Source: an uncultured Acidobacteriota bacterium (lineage in GTDB: Bacteria; Acidobacteriota; UBA6911). From it: DNA of 64,000 bases. Shown in pieces: positions 48,957 to 58,496 of this stretch; within the stretch, counting starts at the first letter, position 1; each line of letters opens with the position of its first letter. The stretch is taken from positions 370,836 through 434,835 of the forward strand of contig CAWEJX010000006.1 of NCBI GenBank assembly GCA_963809485.1, in the 5' to 3' direction. A program made the translations under genes and the position numbers. The notes beneath the pieces are model-generated. The model saw only the letters and a program-made list of their open reading frames with translations. It did not search any database and was not told the origin of the DNA.

Positions 48957-49017
48957 ATCGGAGCAGGATGCCGGCTCTTCGGGACTATCCAGGCGGCGGC
49001 CAGCAAGACAAAACTTC

Positions 49018-49092
49018 AAACCTCCCGGTCAAGAAAGCCTGCGCGGAACACAAAGCCAATCCATTGGGAGATCCGCCGGCTCTGCCGGAGGG
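49018..49092 (-). mobile_element. Possible IS200/IS605 left-end remnant
   Basis: Minus strand reads CCCTCCGGCAGAGCCGGCGG...GTGTTCCGCGCAGGCTTTCTTGACCGGGAGG, resembling from memory the hairpin and RBS upstream of IS200 tnpA; no tnpA present. Confidence 0.45.
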
Positions 49093-49118
49093 TGTTCCCG
49101 GTAATACCGATAGGGGCG

Positions 49119-49805
49119 TCAACCGGCAAATTTATATCCCATGCCGTGCACTGTAAGGATCCACCGGGGCTGTTTGGGATCGTCCTCAAGCTTCTGCCTC
49201 AGCCAGGCGACATGAACGTCCACGGTCCGTGTGTAGGGTGTGGAGACATAATCCCAGACTTCCTGAAGTAGAATCTCCCTGCTTAGAGTTTCTCCCCTGT
49301 GATCGATCAGGTAGCGGAGCAATTGAAACTCTTTCGCTGAAAAAACCATCACCTCCCCGTCCCGGACGACCTCGGTCTTTCTGAAATCCACATGAATCGA
49401 TCCAAACTGGTACACCATAGGTGCCGGAGCAAACGAGCGCGTAGCTCGCCGGAGCAACGCTTCCAAACGGGCCAGAAGCTCCAGCATTTCAAACGGCTTT
49501 GTGACATAATCGTCCGCCCCGATCTTCAGGCCGAGGACCTTGTCCACTGTCTGTGTCCTGGCCGTCAGCATCAGGATAGGGATAGCCAGGCCCATCTGGC
49601 GCAAATCGCGGCAAATATCTATGCCGTTTTTTTTAGGCAGCATCAGGTCCAGCAGAATGAGGTCAAAAGCCTGGCTGGCTGCCAGTTTGAAACCCGCCTC
49701 CCCGTCCTGAGCAACTTCAACCCGGTATCCCTCCTTTTGCAGCCTGTCGCTGAGCGTCAGGCATAAGCCGGGCTCATCTTCTATCAACAATACTTTATAC
49801 TGCAT
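49119..49805 (-). CDS. OmpR-family response regulator
   Basis: LIEDE, LLDLMLP, LTA, GADDYVTKPF, RTVDVHVAWLRQKLE, TVHGMGYKF. Confidence 0.97.
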   Translation of the reverse strand: MQYKVLLIEDEPGLCLTLSDRLQKEGYRVEVAQDGEAGFKLAASQAFDLILLDLMLPKKNGIDICRDLRQMGLAIPILMLTARTQTVDKVLGLKIGADDYVTKPFEMLELLARLEALLRRATRSFAPAPMVYQFGSIHVDFRKTEVVRDGEVMVFSAKEFQLLRYLIDHRGETLSREILLQEVWDYVSTPYTRTVDVHVAWLRQKLEDDPKQPRWILTVHGMGYKFAG

Positions 49806-51642
49806 TCCCGGGTTCCCCGTCCCTTGCGGCTGCAGCCGCGTTATCGTTGTTTTCCGGAAGGGCAGGAAGATGGATCGTGAATGCACTTCCTTTTCCGGGG
49901 ATGCTCTCCACGCTGATACTCCCTCCCATTCCGGCCAGAGATTCTTTCACCATGAAAAGGCCCAGGCCTGCGCCGTGTATTTGAGCGTCCGAGGCCGCCC
50001 TCCCGCGGTAAAACGGCTCAAAGATATGAGGCAGCTCTTCTTTATCGATGCCGGTGCCCTTGTCTTTTACGATGATCCTCGCTTCCATGCCGTGTTTCGA
50101 GACGGCTTTCTCGGTGCGGACCGCCAGCCACCTGCTGTCTCCCGCGTATTTGACCGCGTTTTGAATGAGGTTCTGGATGGCACGCGACAGAACAACAGAT
50201 TCGGCGCGGACCATCGGCAAGTCCGAAGCCAGGCTCTTTTCCAGTGTGAAACCTGCAGCGGCAATTATCGGCTTCGCCTGTTCCAGAGCGGCATCTGTGA
50301 TTACGTTCACGCGCGCCGGGCGCAGATTATACCGGCGGCGGCCGCTTTGAATGCCGGCGAACTGTAAAATCTGATCGATCATGCCGGCAAGCCTCCGTCC
50401 CTCATTTCGGATCAGATCCCCGTATTTTCGGGCGGACTGGCTCGAGTCGTCAACCACTCCGTCGGCGAGATTGTCTCCGGCGGAACAGATGACGGCGAGC
50501 GGTGTCCGGAGTTCGTGGGATACTCCCGCCACAAAATCCATCTGGAGCCGGGCAAGACGCTGGGCCCGGCGCGCCGAAACGATGATCAGCGCCATGCTCA
50601 CGCCCAGCAGGATCAAGCTTCCGAAGCTGATGGCCAGGTTCCGCCGCCGCAATCCCGCCACGGCAGCTTCCAGGGATCCTTCGTGGTGTTTGGCGACCAG
50701 TTCCCAGTTGGAGCCGTCGTCCTCCGACAGGATGGGAAACATACCAGGTCCCTCGCCCGGCGCCTCCCGGGGAGCGAAAGCCGGGTCAAAGGGAATTTGG
50801 GGCGGCGGTCTGGCCGGACCTTCCGACGCCCTGCGACCGAAGCGCTCCCTCGGATTTTCAATTAAAGGGATCCTGCCATCCGGATGGTCGAACGCCGCCG
50901 CGCTCAGGCCAGGATCGGACCGGTACACAATCTCTCCCGGGCTGCGGCCCTTCAGGACAGCAACCTGAAAATCGAATCCTTCCGGACCTCTGAAATGCCG
51001 GTGGGCGAGTTCCGGCAACAGCTCTTCCTGAATGACCTCAAGACTCAACTCCGCCATCAGGTAGCCCGCAAGAGGACTGCGGAGTCCGGGGGCATCCGGT
51101 GAAGGCTGGGATGCCGGCAGCGGCCGGAGTAGCATCGGGATCTGAGGCATCATCGTCCAATCGAGCTGCCGCATGCCGGGGCCCGGCTGCCGCGGAAGGG
51201 CAAAAGAGTCGTCGTAGCGGCTCCTCACAATTTTGAAACTGTCCGGCCAGGAAACCGGTTCGAATTTCCGGGCCTGTCGGTTCAGTATGAGCAGCCCGGA
51301 GCTGCCGGAGTTTTGCGGAACCCACAGGTAGACGTTGCGAACCAGATGAATCTCGGGGGCGGCCAAAGCGCTGCTGCAGCTTTCCGCGTAGCTTTTCCAG
51401 TCCCTGTGAATCAGAGCGGATGTGTCCGGCTGCAGCAAAAAACCAAGCTGCCGGAACTCACTGTTAAATTGCATCCGGAACTGGTTCATGGAAGCAAGCA
51501 GGTTGGTCTGCATGCGTTCGTGCACGGACTCGCTGACCTGCCCGCTCCAACGGTATTGAAGAGCGGCGAGCGCCACCAGGATCAGGGCGAGCAGAACAAT
51601 GAGCACGATCGAGGAAACCGTGCCTTTGGGCAAAAGCCTCAT
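49795..51642 (-). CDS. Membrane sensor histidine kinase
   Basis: Two TM helices; H-box FVAGVSHELRTPL; NLIQNAVKY; D.G.GI; IFEPFYRG; GAGLGL; overlaps the response regulator start. Confidence 0.95.
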   Translation of the reverse strand: MRLLPKGTVSSIVLIVLLALILVALAALQYRWSGQVSESVHERMQTNLLASMNQFRMQFNSEFRQLGFLLQPDTSALIHRDWKSYAESCSSALAAPEIHLVRNVYLWVPQNSGSSGLLILNRQARKFEPVSWPDSFKIVRSRYDDSFALPRQPGPGMRQLDWTMMPQIPMLLRPLPASQPSPDAPGLRSPLAGYLMAELSLEVIQEELLPELAHRHFRGPEGFDFQVAVLKGRSPGEIVYRSDPGLSAAAFDHPDGRIPLIENPRERFGRRASEGPARPPPQIPFDPAFAPREAPGEGPGMFPILSEDDGSNWELVAKHHEGSLEAAVAGLRRRNLAISFGSLILLGVSMALIIVSARRAQRLARLQMDFVAGVSHELRTPLAVICSAGDNLADGVVDDSSQSARKYGDLIRNEGRRLAGMIDQILQFAGIQSGRRRYNLRPARVNVITDAALEQAKPIIAAAGFTLEKSLASDLPMVRAESVVLSRAIQNLIQNAVKYAGDSRWLAVRTEKAVSKHGMEARIIVKDKGTGIDKEELPHIFEPFYRGRAASDAQIHGAGLGLFMVKESLAGMGGSISVESIPGKGSAFTIHLPALPENNDNAAAAARDGEPGNAV

Positions 51643-51951
51643 GGAATTATCCGATCTCTGTTCCGGGAGCGAAGCATCGGCACCTGTTGATCCTAACACG
51701 CCCGCGTCTGCCAAAGATCCTGATTCCTGACAAAAATGATGGGCGGCTTGAGATGGCGCCGTGCCGCTTAAACCTGCCGAATGGGGATTTACACGGAGAC
51801 ACGGGGATTGCGGAGATCCCGGTCCAGGGCATCCGGGACTCCGCGCCGCCGTGGGAGAAGGTTCTTGCTGCATTGGCCGCGGGGGAATTGCAGTTCGACT
51901 TCCGCCCACGGCAATTTCCTTTTGCCTGAGAAATCCACGGAGAAATGCCGC

Positions 51952-52497
51952 CTATGGCTGCGGAGGCCTGCCCGGGCCACGCCCTCCGGGGCCGAATCCG
52001 CCCGGCCCGCCTGCCAGGCTGAGAATAAGCCTCACAAATCCGCGCTTGCCGAGTTGGGTGACGATCGCATCCACCTGCGCGGTTGAGTCCACCTTCAATA
52101 CCTCAATGATCTTGATGGCCAGAGCAGCGGCTTCGGCCTCTCTTTGGGCCATTCCGGCAGCCCGGGCATTGGCCAGGGTCTCGGCCTCAGAGGTTGCCGT
52201 CGCGCTGTCCCCGCTGAGAATCGCATCCTCATAAGCCGTGCGCGCGCTCTCATCGTCAGGAGCGGCCTGAGGCTGATCCTGACGCGAATTCATGAATTCA
52301 ACAATGAGGGTGTTGATGCTGGCCTCCTGGGGGCTTGTGAGCGCTGAAGCGCCGGCGGCCTGCAGCGAATTCTTGAGACGCGCCAGAATATCGGTCGAAG
52401 GCATTTCCGGCTGGGCAAAGGCTAAGGCGGCGCCGCCGGTCAGCCCCAATAAAAGGACCGGTATCAACAGGCGGCCGGTATGGAATCTGTTTTTCAT
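51952..52497 (-). CDS. Periplasmic Spy/CpxP-like protein
   Basis: Signal peptide, LTSPQ (LTxxQ) motif, helical Ala-rich body, GP-rich tail; upstream of the HK-RR pair. Confidence 0.6.
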   Translation of the reverse strand: MKNRFHTGRLLIPVLLLGLTGGAALAFAQPEMPSTDILARLKNSLQAAGASALTSPQEASINTLIVEFMNSRQDQPQAAPDDESARTAYEDAILSGDSATATSEAETLANARAAGMAQREAEAAALAIKIIEVLKVDSTAQVDAIVTQLGKRGFVRLILSLAGGPGGFGPGGRGPGRPPQP

Positions 52498-52613
52498 CTG
52501 CAGCTCCTTTTCATTCAAATCCGTTCAGGCTCAAGAGAAGCCCTGCAACGAAAATTCAATGTGCTGATGTTTTCTCTCAGTGAATTATTACGGCTGCCGG
52601 GTCCGTTTGCTCA

Positions 52614-52649
52614 TTAAATCGAGGTAAAAAGTGCTTAACATATTTTTAC
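52614..52649. promoter_or_regulatory. Two opposed CpxR/OmpR-like boxes
   Basis: TTAAA-N5-GTAAA (+, 52614-52628) and GTAAA-N5-GTTAA (-, 52635-52649) in an AT-rich divergent intergenic region. Confidence 0.5.
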
Positions 52650-52790
52650 ATACGCCGGCTTCACCGGAGTTGTCTGATCCTTCATAGGAGGCTATCCTCG
52701 AAGGGGTTGCAAACATCGGATCATGTCCTTATGATCAATAGATCCGGCAATGATGGCTGTGAGTTTTCAGGGATGGAGTGATTATTATAT

Positions 52791-55700
52791 ATGCGCAAAA
52801 CGGTGATTGCACTGTGTTGTTTGTTTTTTGCTGCCGCAGCGGTATATGGACAGGAGGCCCGGGGTTCGGTCACGGGTCTTATTGCCGACCTCGAAGGGAA
52901 TGCAATCGCCGATGTCACCGTAGTTGCGGAGAACCTTCAGACCGGCTTGAAGTACCAGACCGTCACAACTTCCACAGGAAACTACCTCCTGCCGAATCTG
53001 ATGCCGGGCGCTTACCACCTCTCGACATCGCACGGCGAGTACAAGTCCTTTCGCTACGAAGATGCCATCGTTGCTTCGACCCAGCCCGCGCGCATCGATA
53101 TTTATCTCGAGCCCAATGAGGGCGGAGATGATCCGGATGCCCATTCCCATGCGATACCGCAGCGCTTTGACAGCGGTCAATGGACCCATAACGTAACTTC
53201 CGAAACGACCGCCATGGTTCCGCTTTTCGGATTCCCTGCCGGGACAAATACCGAGGGGAGAATACGCAATCCTTTGTTTGCGCTGCAGGTGACTCCCGGC
53301 TCTTTCGTCACCGAGCTTGAGTATCTGCGCATCAATGGAGCGCCCAGCAATACCGCAGCCATTCGAGTCGAGGGCCAGGATGCCAACAACGGATTTTTGT
53401 TGAGCCAGACCATGCAGAACCAGGTCGGGATCGACGCAGTGGAGGAATTTGCCGTTCAAACGGCCGGTTACTCTCCGGAATTCGGGCAGGCGGGGGGCGG
53501 CATCATAAATATCTCGTTGAAGTCGGGCGGCAATGCTTATCACGGTTCCGGTTATGAGTACTGGTCCAACGAGATCATGAACGCGAGCCAGCCGTATACC
53601 AACATCAGGCCGCGCAATCGCCGGAACAACTACGGTGCTACTTTGGGCGGGCCGCTGCCTTTCCCCAGTTTAAGCTCCGGCCACGAGAAGACCTTTTTCT
53701 TTGCGAATTTTGAACAGTTTCGCCAGGACATTATCTACAACGATCAATATCTCACGGTTCCGACCAAGGCATACCGGGATGGCGACTTTCGCAAAGCCCT
53801 GACAGGACGCAAGCTGGGTACAGATCCGGTGGGACGGTCGATTATGGAGGGCACCATATATAACCCGGCTACGGAGCGCATTGTCGACGGCAAGCGGGTG
53901 CGGGATCCGTTTCCCAGGAACACAGTTCCGAAGTCGCTCATGGACCCGGTGGCTTTGAATATTCAGAACCTGATACCTCTGCCGACGAACTCGGATCTCA
54001 CGGACAACTATCGAGCCGACTGGGAAAGCAAACAGCATGATACTCTCGGATCGATTAAGGTGGACCAAAAGTATTCCCGTTCCAGCATTTCGTTTTATTA
54101 CGGCTTCAACAAAGAGGCTTCTTCGCAGAGGCTGGACCAGGGCGGGGACGGATTCCTGAGCGCCGTGACAAGCAACCGGCCCACCGATGCCCGGGCTGAC
54201 ACCTTCCGGGTTTCTTACGATCGCCTTTCATCGCCGACACGGACGATGCACCTGGGTTTCGGATATCAGCGCATGAAATGGTCGGATGAGGTGGAAAACG
54301 ACAATTTCAACCAGGAGACGGAACTCGGGCTTACGGGCGCAAATCTCAACATCTTTCCGTACATCACCGGCCTGAGAGCATCGATGGGCGGCATGAAGGA
54401 CATGGGGCCGAGCATGCAGAGCCTGTCCAATCTGCGGAAACCTACGGCAAATGCCAGCCTGACGTGGATCAGGAAAAACCACACCTATAAAATCGGCGCG
54501 GAATTCCGGCTCGAGAAATACCCGACGACGGTAAAGTATCCCGGCTACGGCTATTATAATTTCAGCGTGGATCAAACGGGGCAGCCTTCCACCGAGGGCC
54601 AAAACCTGCAGGGCGGCACGATAGGATTTCCCTACGCCAGTTTCCTTCTGGGACTTGTAAACAACGGGGATATTGGAGTAGTCAGCGAGCCCGAGTTGGG
54701 AAAGAGCGCCTGGGCTTTTTACGCCCAGGACAGCTGGAAGATGTCTCCGAGACTGACCTTCGAGTATGGCGTGCGGTATGACTATCAGACCTATTTCAAG
54801 GAATCCGAAGGCCGCATTCCCAGCTTCTCGCCGACTGAGCAGAATCCTTCAGCCGGCAACCTGCCGGGCTATGTCATTTACGAAGGTTCCGGGACGGGGC
54901 ACTGCAACTGCGATTTTGCCAGGGTTTATCCCTATGCCTTCGGCCCCCGGCTGGGCGCGGTCTTTGAGTTGATGCCAAGACTTGTGTTCCGCGCCGGATT
55001 CGGCATCATGTACGGGCAAACGGCCGCGGAGAACCGCACGACACTTCGCTCAGGTTCGACAAACGCCTTCGCGTCCACCACCTTCGGAAATCCCGCGCTT
55101 CTCTTGAAGAATGGGGCCCCGGATTCAGGCTCATGGCCCAATTTGAACAGGGATCTGTATCTCATCGGTAACGGCGGCTCCCTCACGGCTGTAGACATCA
55201 ACGCCGGACGGGCTCCGCGGCAGATGCTGTTTAATTTCAGCGTCCAGAGCCGCATTACCAAAGACATGTCGGTTGAGGTCTCCTATGTCATGGCCCGCGG
55301 CACAGGCTGGGAATCGAACGGCCTCATCAATGTCAATGCATTGTCCCCGGAGAGGCTGGACGCCAACCAGCTCGACCTCGATGTCGCGGAGGACCGGGAG
55401 CTGCTTATGTCCCCAATCAATTCCTCACTGGCGATAAGGCGCGGATTCAACAAACCGCCCTATGATGGATTCCCGGAGAACGAGACCGTCGCGCAATCCT
55501 TGCGGCCTTTTCCGCAGTACGGGGATATCGCTTACCGCTGGGCTCCTTTCGGCCGGACCTGGTACGACTCCGCACAGATTAAATTGATCAAGAGATACTC
55601 GCATGGGTTCGCGGTTGACCTGGGCTATTCCTGGCAGCAGGAAACGGCCTCCGGCGCCGAAAACATGGGAGGATACACCTCGCTCGAAGCTATCAACAAC

Positions 55701-56336
55701 GCTTACGACGCGAACGCGAATAAACACACTTCCGCTCTGTCCCGGACAAGCGTTTTCTACGTTGCGCCGACTTTCACATTCCCTCAATTCTCCGGCCGCA
55801 AGACACTGTCGCCGCTGCTGCGAAACTGGAGATTCAGTGCCATCGTGCAATATGCCCCCGGGCTGCCGATCCGCACTCCGGTCTCAAACAGCAAACTCTA
55901 CCTGATGATCTTCCAGAGCACTTTTGCCAACCGAAATCCGGGAACAGGGCTGTTCACCGCCGACCTGGACAAAGAAGGCATTAATCCGCTGGAGCAATTT
56001 GCGCTCAAACCGGAGGCCTGGAAGGATCCGGATCCTGGCAAATTCAGCACGTCCCCCGGGTACTACGACGACTACCGATTTGAGCGCCGGCCTTTGGAGC
56101 AAATGAGTTTCGGGCGGATTTTCCGGGTCAACGATAAAGTTCAGCTGTTGCTCCGGATCGATTTCCAGAATGTCTTCAACCGTCTCGAGATGGCGGATCC
56201 TGTCTATGAGAATGCCGGCGCTACTCAGGTATATGACAGCGATGATGTGCCGCAATCCGGATTCGGATATGTGAACTACAAGACGGTAGGCGGCAATCCC
56301 CGCACGGGCCAGGTCGTTGTCCGCCTGCAATTCTAG
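52791..56336 (+). CDS. Oar-like TonB-dependent receptor with carboxypeptidase-regulatory-like N-terminal domain
   Basis: RGSVTGLI.D..G, TTSTGNY, DAVEEFAVQT..YSPEFG..GGG, RNNYGATLGGP, FGPRLG, terminal GQVVVRLQF. Confidence 0.93.
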   Translation: MRKTVIALCCLFFAAAAVYGQEARGSVTGLIADLEGNAIADVTVVAENLQTGLKYQTVTTSTGNYLLPNLMPGAYHLSTSHGEYKSFRYEDAIVASTQPARIDIYLEPNEGGDDPDAHSHAIPQRFDSGQWTHNVTSETTAMVPLFGFPAGTNTEGRIRNPLFALQVTPGSFVTELEYLRINGAPSNTAAIRVEGQDANNGFLLSQTMQNQVGIDAVEEFAVQTAGYSPEFGQAGGGIINISLKSGGNAYHGSGYEYWSNEIMNASQPYTNIRPRNRRNNYGATLGGPLPFPSLSSGHEKTFFFANFEQFRQDIIYNDQYLTVPTKAYRDGDFRKALTGRKLGTDPVGRSIMEGTIYNPATERIVDGKRVRDPFPRNTVPKSLMDPVALNIQNLIPLPTNSDLTDNYRADWESKQHDTLGSIKVDQKYSRSSISFYYGFNKEASSQRLDQGGDGFLSAVTSNRPTDARADTFRVSYDRLSSPTRTMHLGFGYQRMKWSDEVENDNFNQETELGLTGANLNIFPYITGLRASMGGMKDMGPSMQSLSNLRKPTANASLTWIRKNHTYKIGAEFRLEKYPTTVKYPGYGYYNFSVDQTGQPSTEGQNLQGGTIGFPYASFLLGLVNNGDIGVVSEPELGKSAWAFYAQDSWKMSPRLTFEYGVRYDYQTYFKESEGRIPSFSPTEQNPSAGNLPGYVIYEGSGTGHCNCDFARVYPYAFGPRLGAVFELMPRLVFRAGFGIMYGQTAAENRTTLRSGSTNAFASTTFGNPALLLKNGAPDSGSWPNLNRDLYLIGNGGSLTAVDINAGRAPRQMLFNFSVQSRITKDMSVEVSYVMARGTGWESNGLINVNALSPERLDANQLDLDVAEDRELLMSPINSSLAIRRGFNKPPYDGFPENETVAQSLRPFPQYGDIAYRWAPFGRTWYDSAQIKLIKRYSHGFAVDLGYSWQQETASGAENMGGYTSLEAINNAYDANANKHTSALSRTSVFYVAPTFTFPQFSGRKTLSPLLRNWRFSAIVQYAPGLPIRTPVSNSKLYLMIFQSTFANRNPGTGLFTADLDKEGINPLEQFALKPEAWKDPDPGKFSTSPGYYDDYRFERRPLEQMSFGRIFRVNDKVQLLLRIDFQNVFNRLEMADPVYENAGATQVYDSDDVPQSGFGYVNYKTVGGNPRTGQVVVRLQF

Positions 56337-56397
56337 CCAATGCAGCCGGAATGCCCCAATCAACATTACCTGCTGAGAAATTAGTGTTTATTTATAG

Positions 56398-56440
56398 TTT
56401 TTCAGCGTGCGTCAGCGTTTATCGGCGTTCCTCAGCGTTA
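56398..56440 (-). repeat. ACGCTGA-unit repeat, copy E
   Basis: Plus strand TCAGCGT/TCGGCGT units at ~10 bp period. Confidence 0.7.
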
Positions 56441-56451
56441 AAATTCATGGG

Positions 56452-56540
56452 CAGGCCTCCCGAGTCGGTCTCAAAACGACTGTCATGAAACCCTCCTCCG
56501 CAGTTTTGAGACAGTCTCTCCAGAGACCGTCCGGCTGACG
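56452..56540. repeat. ~90 bp MITE-like inverted-repeat element, copy 2
   Basis: GTCTCAAAAC...GCAGTTTTGAGACAGTCTCTCCAGA..CCGT.CGGCT.ACG; matches 1217-1304. Confidence 0.8.
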
Positions 56541-56564
56541 AATTGCGGTTTAGGAAGCTTGTGG

Positions 56565-58496
56565 CTAGTTTTGTTCCGCTGCAAAATCGGATTCCAGGAT
56601 CTCCGGCCTCTGGCCCTGCATGCCGTAAAGCTTCGCGTAGAAACCATCCGCCTTACTCATGAGCTGATCGTGTGTCCCCGACTCGATGATGCGGCGGTTG
56701 TGGAGAACCAGGACCTGGTCTGCGTTGCGGATGGTTGAAAGGCGGTGAGCGATGATCAGACTCGTGCGCCCCTTCATCAGGCGCATGAGACCTTCCTGTA
56801 TGTGGGATTCGGTCAGGCTGTCCACGCTGGAAGTCGCCTCGTCCAGGATCAGAATCCTCGGATCCGCCAGGATGGCCCGGGCGATGCCGAGCAACTGGCG
56901 CTCGCCTTGCGAGAGGTTGTTCCCGCGCTCGGACAGCAGCGTGTCATAGCCATGGGGGAGGCGCGACACGAAATAGTGGGCGTTGGCGGTCCTGGCCGCG
57001 GAGATCATCTGTTCTTCCGTTGCATTCGGCCGGGCATAGAGCAGATTCTCACGGATGGTTGTGGCAAAGAAAAAAGGCTCCTGCAGGACCACGCCCATGC
57101 TCGTGCGCAGGTCGTCCAGCCTGATGGATCTTATATCGTAACCGTCAATGGTGATGTGACCGGTCCGGACATCGTAAAAGCGGCTGAGCAGGTTGATAAT
57201 CGTCGTTTTTCCCGCCCCTGTGGGACCGACGATTGCGACAACCTGGCCGGGCTGCGTGCGGAAATTGATATCCTCGACGACTGTCTTGCCTTCTTCATAG
57301 CCGAAGCACACGCCGTGAAATTCGACGGCGCCGCGGATGTCGTTCAGGGGAAGGGCATCGGGCTTTTCGACGACCTCCGGTTTCGTATCCATCATCTCGA
57401 ACAGTCGCTCCGCGCCTGCCAGGGCTGACTGGAGCATGCTGTAAACCTGCGTGATTTGGCGCAGCGGTTCGAAGAAGCGCTGGGAATACAGGATAAAGGC
57501 GGTCAGGAGGCCGATGGAAACGCCGCCGGCAGCGGCATTGCCGATGCCGGAAACCTGCGCGCCGGCGCCGTTGATTGCCAGGTAGCCGCCGATCCCGACG
57601 ATGAGGCCCAGTGTTAGCGAGGTCATGACGTTCATCAGGGGCATGAAGGCGTAGGAGATCAGTTCCGCCTCCACTCCCGCCCGCTGGCTTCCGTCGTTGA
57701 CTTTTTCGAATTTGGCGAACTCGGCTTCTTCGCGCCGGAAGGTTTTGATCACCTTGACTCCTGAAACCGATTCTTCGATGTTGGCAGTCAAACGGCCGAC
57801 CCACTCCTGGTTTTTGCGAAAGGCGCCGCGGATCTTTTTCCCGATGATGCCCGTGATCACGGCCATTATGGGAACAACGGCCAAAACCACGAAGGAGAGC
57901 GGGATGGAAAGAACGAACATGGCAACCAGGACGGTGATCATGGACAGCAGGCCTCCTACCAGGCTGGAGAAGCCGTTGTTCATGGCGTTAAAAACCATCT
58001 CGATGTCGTTCGTCATCCGGCTGATGAAATCCCCGATCCCGCGCTTGTCGAACGATGCCATGGAAAGCGTCTGGATATGATCGAAGGAATCCGCACGCAT
58101 CCGGTAGACGATATTGTTGGAGAGGCGGGTCATCAGAATGCCTGAGCCCGCCTCAGTAATCCAAGCGCCCAAAATCGTCGCCAGAACGATTTTCATGCGG
58201 TAGATGAAGTCGGGCAGGTTCTGGGACAATTCCAGGTCGTATTTAATGGCGTCGCCGATGAGAGCGGGGCCGAGCGTCCGCAGCAGGGTGCCGGCTGCGA
58301 TGAATATCGTGGAAGCGATGATCAGCGGCTTGTTGCCCCCGAAGTAGCGCAGCAGGCGCTGAAGGGTTCTGCGGTAGTCCCTCGGCGCTTCGATGCGCAG
58401 GCCCATCATCATGGGGCCGCGAGGGCGGCCCGGCCCGCCGGGTCCGGGTCCGGCCGGAGGTGGCGGCATCCTGGCTGGGGCCTGAGAAGCGCTCAT
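56565..58496 (-). CDS. ABC exporter subunit (TMD+NBD), TM288-like consensus subunit
   Basis: GPTGAGKTT, LSQGERQ, ILDEATSSVD, IIAHRLSTI. Confidence 0.95.
   Translation of the reverse strand: MSASQAPARMPPPPAGPGPGGPGRPRGPMMMGLRIEAPRDYRRTLQRLLRYFGGNKPLIIASTIFIAAGTLLRTLGPALIGDAIKYDLELSQNLPDFIYRMKIVLATILGAWITEAGSGILMTRLSNNIVYRMRADSFDHIQTLSMASFDKRGIGDFISRMTNDIEMVFNAMNNGFSSLVGGLLSMITVLVAMFVLSIPLSFVVLAVVPIMAVITGIIGKKIRGAFRKNQEWVGRLTANIEESVSGVKVIKTFRREEAEFAKFEKVNDGSQRAGVEAELISYAFMPLMNVMTSLTLGLIVGIGGYLAINGAGAQVSGIGNAAAGGVSIGLLTAFILYSQRFFEPLRQITQVYSMLQSALAGAERLFEMMDTKPEVVEKPDALPLNDIRGAVEFHGVCFGYEEGKTVVEDINFRTQPGQVVAIVGPTGAGKTTIINLLSRFYDVRTGHITIDGYDIRSIRLDDLRTSMGVVLQEPFFFATTIRENLLYARPNATEEQMISAARTANAHYFVSRLPHGYDTLLSERGNNLSQGERQLLGIARAILADPRILILDEATSSVDSLTESHIQEGLMRLMKGRTSLIIAHRLSTIRNADQVLVLHNRRIIESGTHDQLMSKADGFYAKLYGMQGQRPEILESDFAAEQN

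Noticed and set aside
47452-49092. Composite IS200-like transposon carrying the symporter
   Set aside because: The presumed left and right ends are on opposite strands; no transposase.
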